DNA of 64,000 nucleotides from positions 13,045 through 77,044 of the forward strand of contig JACKKN010000014.1 in the NCBI GenBank assembly GCA_024236415.1. The letters run 5' to 3'. Every line of letters starts with the position of its first letter. The stretch's first letter is position 1. A program made the position numbers and the translations under genes. Positions 17,663 through 24,570 of the stretch are shown piece by piece. This DNA is from Hyphomicrobiales bacterium. Lineage in GTDB: Bacteria; Pseudomonadota; Alphaproteobacteria; Rhodospirillales; JACKKN01. The notes beneath the pieces are model-generated. The model made no database searches. It had not been told where the DNA came from and saw nothing but the letters and a program-made list of their open reading frames with translations.

Positions 17663-20317
17663 TCACGGGGCGCCGGCCGGGGGCTGCGACAGGCGCCGGG
17701 CCGCCACCTTGCGGCCGTAGTCCAGGGCGAAGATCAGCAGCGGCCCCAGCAGGGCGGCGCCATAGACCGGCATCGGAACCGGCCCCGTGCCCAGCACGAA
17801 ACCCACCGCCGGCACGTACAGGATGGCCCAGGACGCGGCCAGCTCGAACAGCACCCCGGCCACCAGCAGGGGGTTGGCGAAGGCGCCGCGGTCGATCCCG
17901 GTGCCGAAGCGCGAGCGGCGGCCGAACAGGTTGCCGATCTGCATCAACAGGATCGACGACAGGGCGATGCCGGTGGCCGACCGGTACAGGGGATCGTCGG
18001 TGGCCAGGGCATCGCCCCAGTGCCAGCCGCCGCCGTGCAGGACCCAGAAGAACAGGGACAGCGAGAACGCCGCCTCGATCAGCCCCAGGAAGCCGTAGGA
18101 GTGGGCGATCAGGCCGGCGGTCAACAGGCCCTGGTGCCGGTCGCGCGGCGGCTGGCGCATGACCTCGGGGTCCGGCTTCTCCTGGCCCAGGCTCATGGAC
18201 GGGATGATGTCGGTGCCCAGGTCGATGGCCAGGATCTGGATCACGGTCAGGGCCAGGGGCACGGGGAACAGGATGTACAGCAGGTAGGGGATGATCTCGG
18301 GCCCGTTGCTGACCAGCACGTAGTTGGTGAACTTGCGGATGTTGGCGAAGATGGTGCGCCCTTCCTCGATGCCGGCGACGATGGAGGCGAAGTTGTCGTC
18401 CAGCAGGATCACCTGGGCTGCCTCGCGGGCCACGTCGGTGCCGGTGCGGCCCATGGCCACGCCCACGTCCGCGGCCTTCAGGGCCGGCGCGTCGTTGACC
18501 CCGTCGCCGGTCACCGCCACCACCTTGTCCATCTGGTGCAGGGCGGCGACGATCTTCATCTTCTGCTCCGGCGTGGCGCGGGCGAACACGGCGGCGCCGG
18601 CCTGCAGCGCCGCCACCAGCTCGCCCTCGCGCAGGCGATCGAGTTCGTCGCCGGTGATGACCCGGTCCGCCCGGTCGTCGCCCTCGTCCAGGATGCCGGC
18701 GCGGCGGGCGATGGCGGCGGCGGTGTCCGGGTGGTCGCCGGTGATCATGACCATGGCGATCCCGGCGGCGCGGCACTGGGCGGCGGCGCCCGGCACCTCC
18801 GGCCGGATCGGGTCCTCCAGGCCCAGGAAGCCCAGCAGGGTCAGGTCGTGCTCCAGGGCGTCCTGGTCCATCCCGGCCTCGGCCGCCGCCAGGTCCCGCG
18901 CCGCCACGGCGATCACCCGATGGCCACGCCGGGCCAGGTCGTGGACCGTGGCCTCGGCGGCGGCCCTGTCGCCGGCCGACAGCAGGGGGGCGAGGGATTC
19001 CCAGGCGCCCTTGACCACGAAGCGCGCACCCGTGATGCCGGCCGAGCGCCGCTTTTCGACGTCGAAGGCGAAGTCGCGGGCCACGGCGGCGCGCAGGGCG
19101 GCCACGTCGCCGCCGTCGGCGGCCAGCCGCTCGGCGATGGCCACGTCCAGGGGGTCGCCCGAGAAGCCGCCGTCGCCCGCGGCCACGTCCGACGCCGCCA
19201 GGGCGGCGGCCAGCAGCGGGCCGGCCTCGGCCTCGCCGCCGTCGGCGCCGGCCAGGCGGGTCACGGTCAGGCGGTTGGCGGTCAGGGTGCCGGTCTTGTC
19301 GGTGCAGATGACGTGCACGGCGCCCAGGGCCTCGACCGCGTTCAGGCTCTTGACCAGGACGTTGCGCCGGGCCATGCGCAGGCTGCCCATGGCCAGGGAC
19401 AGGGTGAAGGTGGGCAGCAGCCCCTCGGGCACGTTGGCGACGATGATGCCCATCATGAACACCAGGCTGACCCACAGGGACGCCCCGGTGGCGACGCCGT
19501 AGGCGAAGAAGGTGGCGCCCAGCCCGACCGCGATCAGGGACAGCACCCGCACCATCTGCGCGGTCGAATGCTCCAGCGGCGACACGGTGCGCCGGATGTC
19601 GCGCGACAGCAGGGCGATGCGCCCGAACTGCGACCGGAACCCGGTGGCGAAGACCACCGCCCGGCCGCTGCCGCGCTGTACCGAGCAGCCGGCGAACAGG
19701 ATGTTGTCGGCCTCCAGCAGGGTGGCGTCCGAGGCCGTCGGGGTGCGCGGCAGGGGCAGGGACTCGCCGGTCAGGGGGGCGTTGTTGACCACCACGTCGG
19801 CGCCGGCGACCAGGCGCGCGTCGGCCGGGATGCGGTCGCCCTCGCGCAGGGCGACGACGTCGCCCGGCACCAGGTCCTCGGCCGGCACCGAGGATTCCGT
19901 GCCGCCGCGCAGCACGCGCACGTCGCGCGGCAGGAACTTGGCGATCTCCTCCATGGCCTTCTCGGCGCGGAACTCCTGGACGAAGCTGAACAGGGCGTTC
20001 AGCAGCGACACCCCGAACAGGGCGTAGCCCAGCACGTCCATGTTCTCGCCGGGCTGCACGGCCTCGCCGACGAAGCAGATGGCGGCGGCCAGGATCAGCA
20101 GCAGGGTGAAGAAGTTGGTGAACTGGCGCGCCAGCGAGCGCAGCCACCACAGGCCCTTGGGCGCCTCCAGGGTGTTGGGGCCGACCTCGGCCCGGCGCGC
20201 CGCCGCCTCGGCCGCGTCCAGTCCCTCGGGGCGGGAGCCCAGCAGGGCCGCCGCCTCTTCGGGCGCCACGTTCTGGATCTGGCTGCCGGGGGCCGGAAAG
20301 GGGGCGTCGCCGCTCAT
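17663..20317 (-). CDS. cation-transporting P-type ATPase, P2-like
   Basis: 884-aa ORF with ICTDKTGTLTANRL (phosphorylation motif), LTGES, VPEGLLPT in TM4, MITGDHPDTA and VTGDGVNDAPALKAADVGVAMG. There is no CPx heavy-metal motif. The start overlaps the upstream gene's stop (ATGA). Confidence 0.9.
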   Translation of the reverse strand: MSGDAPFPAPGSQIQNVAPEEAAALLGSRPEGLDAAEAAARRAEVGPNTLEAPKGLWWLRSLARQFTNFFTLLLILAAAICFVGEAVQPGENMDVLGYALFGVSLLNALFSFVQEFRAEKAMEEIAKFLPRDVRVLRGGTESSVPAEDLVPGDVVALREGDRIPADARLVAGADVVVNNAPLTGESLPLPRTPTASDATLLEADNILFAGCSVQRGSGRAVVFATGFRSQFGRIALLSRDIRRTVSPLEHSTAQMVRVLSLIAVGLGATFFAYGVATGASLWVSLVFMMGIIVANVPEGLLPTFTLSLAMGSLRMARRNVLVKSLNAVEALGAVHVICTDKTGTLTANRLTVTRLAGADGGEAEAGPLLAAALAASDVAAGDGGFSGDPLDVAIAERLAADGGDVAALRAAVARDFAFDVEKRRSAGITGARFVVKGAWESLAPLLSAGDRAAAEATVHDLARRGHRVIAVAARDLAAAEAGMDQDALEHDLTLLGFLGLEDPIRPEVPGAAAQCRAAGIAMVMITGDHPDTAAAIARRAGILDEGDDRADRVITGDELDRLREGELVAALQAGAAVFARATPEQKMKIVAALHQMDKVVAVTGDGVNDAPALKAADVGVAMGRTGTDVAREAAQVILLDDNFASIVAGIEEGRTIFANIRKFTNYVLVSNGPEIIPYLLYILFPVPLALTVIQILAIDLGTDIIPSMSLGQEKPDPEVMRQPPRDRHQGLLTAGLIAHSYGFLGLIEAAFSLSLFFWVLHGGGWHWGDALATDDPLYRSATGIALSSILLMQIGNLFGRRSRFGTGIDRGAFANPLLVAGVLFELAASWAILYVPAVGFVLGTGPVPMPVYGAALLGPLLIFALDYGRKVAARRLSQPPAGAP

Positions 20318-21156
20318 GCCGGCCCCCGGTACAGGGCCACGTCGCAGGGGGTGTCGCGCAGCAGCTCCTCCATGGGGTCGCCGAAGCGGAACAGGCGCGC
20401 CAGGCTTGCCCGCGGCGCCTCCAGGTAGATCAGGTCGCTGTCCAGGCGGCCGGCCTCGATCACCACCTGCTTGACCCAGTCGTCGGACACCCGCACCAGG
20501 GGATGGACGTGGGCCGGGTCCAGGCGCAGGGCGGCGGCGACCTCGGCGGCCACGGCCTGGGTCCGCTCCGACCCCGCGGCGCGCAGGCGCCCGGCGCGGC
20601 GCGCGTCCAGGCGGCGGAAGGCGACGCTGCCCAGGGTCACCACCCGCAGCACGTGGACGCGGCGGATGTCGGCCCCCAGCAGACCCAGGCAGGTCAGCCC
20701 CTGGCCCGGCTGGCGCGGGTGGTCGCCGACCGGGGCCAGGACCCGCCGCGCCACCCCCAGCAGGCCCGGCCGCACCACGCGCAGGGCCAGGGTGTGGAAC
20801 CGCCCGTGGGCCAGCAGTTGGGCCGAGATGGTGCCGGCCAGGTAGCCGCGCCGGCCGCCACGCACGCGCAGGCCGCAGACCAGCACCGTGCCGGGCCCCG
20901 GCGGCAGGCGCTCGACCAGGCCGCGGAACACGCCGCCGTGGACCGGGATGACCTCGACCTCGGCGCGCACGCCCTGGGCCGCGGCCTGGGCGGTCAGGGC
21001 CTCGAACCGGTCGGCCAGGGCCGGGGCCGGCAGGCCCACGTCCTCGCCGTACAGGACCGTCAGGACGCGCTCGGGCGTGTGCGCCGCCATGCGCACGGCG
21101 TAGCGGGCGATCCAGTCGCCGTTGACCGAGCCGTCATAGGCCAGGAAGACGGCCAT
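20314..21156 (-). CDS. tandem universal stress protein (UspA-like) domain protein
   Basis: 280-aa ORF made of two ~130-aa halves, each with a USP-like layout (MAVFLAYDGSVNGDWIARYAVRMA...VLVCG and RVLAPVGDH...CDVALYR). The assignment is pattern-based only. Confidence 0.55.
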   Translation of the reverse strand: MAVFLAYDGSVNGDWIARYAVRMAAHTPERVLTVLYGEDVGLPAPALADRFEALTAQAAAQGVRAEVEVIPVHGGVFRGLVERLPPGPGTVLVCGLRVRGGRRGYLAGTISAQLLAHGRFHTLALRVVRPGLLGVARRVLAPVGDHPRQPGQGLTCLGLLGADIRRVHVLRVVTLGSVAFRRLDARRAGRLRAAGSERTQAVAAEVAAALRLDPAHVHPLVRVSDDWVKQVVIEAGRLDSDLIYLEAPRASLARLFRFGDPMEELLRDTPCDVALYRGPA

Positions 21157-21162
21157 GGCCCG

Positions 21163-21720
21163 CTAGTCGTCCCGGACGCGGAAGGTGGCGTGGCACTCGC
21201 GGCAGACGGCGGTGATCTCCTGCAGGCGTTCCAGCACCCGGCGGTGGTCGTCCAGGCTGGGCGGGTCATAGGCGAACCAGGCCGCCTCGGCGAACCGGCC
21301 GGCGGCGGCGTGGAAGCGGATGGCCAGGACGCGGAACCGCTTGGCCGCGTCCACGTCGCCCGGGTCGGTCACGTTCAGGTCCGGGTCGCGGGCGATGGCC
21401 TTCTCCATGAACCGCCGGCGCACGGTCAGCACGTCCTCCTCGGACATGCCGCGGGCCAGCAGGGATTCCCAGGTCTTGTGGCCGAAATCCATGTGGAAGG
21501 CGGCGACCTTGGCGGCGCGCCGGAAATCGCCGGCCGCCACGGCGGCGACGATGTCGTCCAGGTTGCCCAGGTGGGCGCGCATGTCGGCCAGGAACTGGCC
21601 GCGCACCGCGTCGGGCAGGTTCAGGTTCTCGCGCCCGCCGCCCGCGGCCGGCGCCGTCCCGGCACCGCCCGCCAACACCAGCAGGGCCAGCAGCAGTCCC
21701 TTACCCAGTCCAGCACGCAT
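21163..21720 (-). CDS. class II c-type cytochrome (cytochrome c'/c-556-like), exported
   Basis: ORF 21163..21831 trimmed to the ATG at 21720 (GGAGGGG RBS; MRAGLGKGLLLALLVLAGGAGTAPA is a signal peptide). A single CxxCH (CRECH) lies 11 residues from the C-terminus of a ~150-aa helical mature protein, the arrangement typical of class II cytochromes c. Confidence 0.55.
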   Translation of the reverse strand: MRAGLGKGLLLALLVLAGGAGTAPAAGGGRENLNLPDAVRGQFLADMRAHLGNLDDIVAAVAAGDFRRAAKVAAFHMDFGHKTWESLLARGMSEEDVLTVRRRFMEKAIARDPDLNVTDPGDVDAAKRFRVLAIRFHAAAGRFAEAAWFAYDPPSLDDHRRVLERLQEITAVCRECHATFRVRDD

Positions 21721-21746
21721 CTCGCCCCTCCGTTCGATCCTTGGGG

Positions 21747-22436
21747 TCACTGGCCCGGCACCAGGGCCTGGCGCTGCTGTTCGGCGAAGCGGGCGATGGC
21801 CGCCGCCCCGGCGCGGTCGCAGGGCACGCACAGCAGGGCGTTGACCTCGTCCACCGCCTCGGGCGACAGCGGCCGGGCGGTGACCAGTCCCAGGTAGGTT
21901 CCCGCCAGGCGCAGGTCCGGGTCAACCTTCTCCAGCTCCTCCTGGTAGTTGGCCAGCAGGTACAGGGGCGATTTCCAGGCCGGGCTGTGGCCGGGCGCGA
22001 TGGTGGCGCGCACGGCGTCCAGCCGGCCCAGGTTGCGCCCGGCCATGCGGTCGCCGGCGTCCTTGCGGGCGGGGGTGTCGGCGCACCAGCTGCGGTCGGC
22101 GGCGGCCAGGCGCGGCGCCTGGGGCCCGGCGCCGGTGACCGGCCCGGCCGCCGGAGCCGAGGCCGTGGGGACGCCGCCGTCGCCGCCGTCCCCGCCGCCG
22201 GAGTACCGGTTGCGGTTGGTGGGTCCGGGACCCGTGCCCTGGCCCTGGTTGCCGTGGCCGGCGGTGGGGCCGGGCCCGGCGCCCAGGCCCTGGGCCGCGG
22301 CCGGAACCGCGGTCCAGGCGACGGCCACCAGGGCTAGGGCCAACAGGGCGGCGAGCGACCGGCGGGCGGAGAGGCGTGGCGCCGTCCGCGTGGGGGAGCG
22401 GGCACTTCCGTCTCGGTCTTGGTCGCGACGTGTCAT
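21747..22436 (-). CDS. exported Gly-rich hypothetical protein, distant member of the family encoded by the two upstream genes
   Basis: ORF 21747..22463. I prefer the ATG at 22436 (GGAGAGG, 6-nt spacer), but the GTG at 22463 overlapping the upstream stop is an alternative. It has a Tat-like SARRSLAALLALALVAVA leader and a Gly-rich stretch (GHGNQGQGTGPGP...GGGDGGDGG). The C-terminus has degenerate echoes of the paralogue domain (GRNLGRLDAVRA, KSPLYLLANYQEEL). Confidence 0.55.
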   Translation of the reverse strand: MTRRDQDRDGSARSPTRTAPRLSARRSLAALLALALVAVAWTAVPAAAQGLGAGPGPTAGHGNQGQGTGPGPTNRNRYSGGGDGGDGGVPTASAPAAGPVTGAGPQAPRLAAADRSWCADTPARKDAGDRMAGRNLGRLDAVRATIAPGHSPAWKSPLYLLANYQEELEKVDPDLRLAGTYLGLVTARPLSPEAVDEVNALLCVPCDRAGAAAIARFAEQQRQALVPGQ

Positions 22437-22459
22437 GGCGCACCTCTCCGCCGCACCGG

Positions 22460-23380
22460 TCACTCGCCGTGGCCGGCCAGGATGCCGGCGCGGACCTTGT
22501 CGGCCTTGGCGGCCAGGGCCGCCGTCTCGTCGGCGGTCAGGCTGAGGCCGAAAATCGTGTTCAGGGCGGTCACCGAGTCGGTGCCGATGGGGATCGACTT
22601 GTCCGACGCCGAGCCCAGGAAGATGGCCGCCAGGTCGAGCACCGAGGCCGGCGTCACGCCGGGCAGGGCGGTCTGCCGGTTGGCCAGCAGGTCCTTGTAG
22701 AGGCCCAGGTTCTGCAGCGGCGAGTCGATGCGCGGCGTGGTGGCGTAGGCGCCGGCCAGGGTGTCGGCAGCGCTTTCGGCGGTCGATTCATACAGCGCCG
22801 CCATGGTGCCGTCCCAGTTCGCCAGGGCCTCGTCCAGGGCGCGCTGGATCACGTGGCCCGGGGACCGCGCCACGTTCAGGCGGCCCAGTTCCACCTCGGG
22901 GATGCCGCCCTTGGCCCAGGCCGGGGCGCCGCCGCGGCCGCCGGACTCGTGGCCGGCCGCGCCGGGGTCGGAATCGTGCGCCGCACCGTGGCCGCCCTGG
23001 CCACCCTTGCCGCCCTTGCCCTCGTGGGTCCCTTCATGTTCGGTGTCGGCCTGGTCCTCGTGCTCGTGCTCCGAGCCGGCGGCGCCGGGCACGTGCGACT
23101 TGCCGCCGCCACCCTCGTGGCCGCTTTCCGGGTCGTGCTGGCTGCCCTTGCCCTTGTGGCCGGCGCCCTTGCGCCCGCCCAGGTGCTTGCCGCCCGACCC
23201 GTGCGCGCCGCGGCCGCCGGGCGCGGCGGCCTGGGCGGTCGGGCCGTCGGCCATCCGCACCACCGGCCCGCCGGGGCCGGGGTCGATGTCGATGCCGAGC
23301 ACCCCCGGTGCCATCAGCGCGAACAGGCCGGCGCCGCCCAACAGGGCCGCCCGGCGGAATCCGTCAGTGAATGTCTTCAT
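22460..23380 (-). CDS. exported Gly/His-rich hypothetical protein (paralogue B)
   Basis: 306-aa ORF with an RR-containing leader (MKTFTDGFRRAALLGGAGLFALMAP). The Gly/Lys/Glu/His low-complexity region has 13 His in roughly 95 residues. The conserved C-terminal ~150 aa are shared with 23469..24257 and end in GHGE. Confidence 0.7.
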   Translation of the reverse strand: MKTFTDGFRRAALLGGAGLFALMAPGVLGIDIDPGPGGPVVRMADGPTAQAAAPGGRGAHGSGGKHLGGRKGAGHKGKGSQHDPESGHEGGGGKSHVPGAAGSEHEHEDQADTEHEGTHEGKGGKGGQGGHGAAHDSDPGAAGHESGGRGGAPAWAKGGIPEVELGRLNVARSPGHVIQRALDEALANWDGTMAALYESTAESAADTLAGAYATTPRIDSPLQNLGLYKDLLANRQTALPGVTPASVLDLAAIFLGSASDKSIPIGTDSVTALNTIFGLSLTADETAALAAKADKVRAGILAGHGE

Positions 23381-23468
23381 GGATCGCCTCCCGTTCCAGG
23401 GGCCGGCCGCGCTGGAGCGGCCGGCACCGGTGTCGGGCGGCGCGCAGGCGCCGCCCGCGGACGGAAGG

Positions 23469-24257
23469 CTATTCGCCGTGACCCGTGTTGATGGCGGCCC
23501 GCACGTCCTCGGCCATGTCGGCCACGGCGGCCACGTCGGCCTCGCTCATCGTCAACCCGAAGATGGTGTTGATGGCGATCACCGTGTCCGTGGTCACGGC
23601 CACCGTCTTGTCCGAGGCCGATCCCAGCAGGATCGCCGCCAGGTCAAGGGTCGACGCCGGGGTGACGCCGGGCAGGGGCGAGGTGCCGCTGGTCAGCAGG
23701 TCGCGGTACAGGCCCAGGTTCTCCAGGGGCGAATCGATGCGGACCACGTTGTCGTAGTCCGTTTCCAGCAGGTTGGCGGCGGCTTCGGCCGTCAGCTCGT
23801 AGAACGACTCCATGGTGGCGGTGTCGAAGTTCTTCAGCGCCTCCTCGACCGCGCTGTCCAGCACGTGCGCGGGGGCGCGGGCGACGTTCAGGCGGCCCAG
23901 CTCGACCTCCGGGATGCCCTCCTGGGCCCAGACGGGCTTGCCGCCGCCGCCGTCGGGCTTGCCGGCGCCGGAGCGCGGACCCTTGCCGTCGCTGTCGTCA
24001 CCGGGGCCGCCCTGGCCCTTGCCGATTCCGCCGATGGCGCCGGGGCCGTTGCCCTGGCCGCCGCCGCCGGAACCCATGGCCTGCTTGCCTTTTCCGCCGC
24101 CGCCGCCGTCACCGTCCTCGTCGGCCAGGGCCGTGCCGGTCAGGCTGAGGCCGCTGTCCGTGAAGTGGGCGACGAGCAGGGGCGTGGCCACCAGGGCCAG
24201 CGCCACGGCGGTGGAAACGAGAAGCCTGTTGAGGATTAATTTTTCTGTGGTTTTCAT
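23469..24257 (-). CDS. exported Gly-rich hypothetical protein (paralogue A)
   Basis: ORF 23469..24290 trimmed to the ATG at 24257 (GGGAGA, 6-nt spacer; MKTTEKLILNRLLVSTAVALALVATPLLVA). It has a G/K/D-rich low-complexity stretch. The C-terminal domain carries GIPEVELGRLNVAR, RIDSPLENLGLYRDLL, LPGVTPASTLDLAAILLGSASDK, NTIFGL and a terminal GHGE. Confidence 0.7.
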   Translation of the reverse strand: MKTTEKLILNRLLVSTAVALALVATPLLVAHFTDSGLSLTGTALADEDGDGGGGGKGKQAMGSGGGGQGNGPGAIGGIGKGQGGPGDDSDGKGPRSGAGKPDGGGGKPVWAQEGIPEVELGRLNVARAPAHVLDSAVEEALKNFDTATMESFYELTAEAAANLLETDYDNVVRIDSPLENLGLYRDLLTSGTSPLPGVTPASTLDLAAILLGSASDKTVAVTTDTVIAINTIFGLTMSEADVAAVADMAEDVRAAINTGHGE

Positions 24258-24570
24258 CGTGCTTCTCCCTTCTCGATCGGAAGAGCCCACAGCGCGTCGC
24301 GACGGGAGTCCGCCATTCGTGGGTCAGAAGCACGGGCCGCTCGCCGCTGGCGAGCCTGGCATCTTCTCGAGCGAACCCTTTCAGGTTCAACGTCAATTGT
24401 ACCATTTATCATAAATTATCGGTCCGCTAATATGACAGACCAAGTCGACAGGTTTTGCACGCCTGCCATGCCATAATCGCGCGGACGAATTTTTGTTGCG
24501 GGGCCCACGGCATTTTTCAAGGGGCCCGGCGGGCCGGGCCCGCCAGACAGCTTGAACGAGGGGGAATTCC

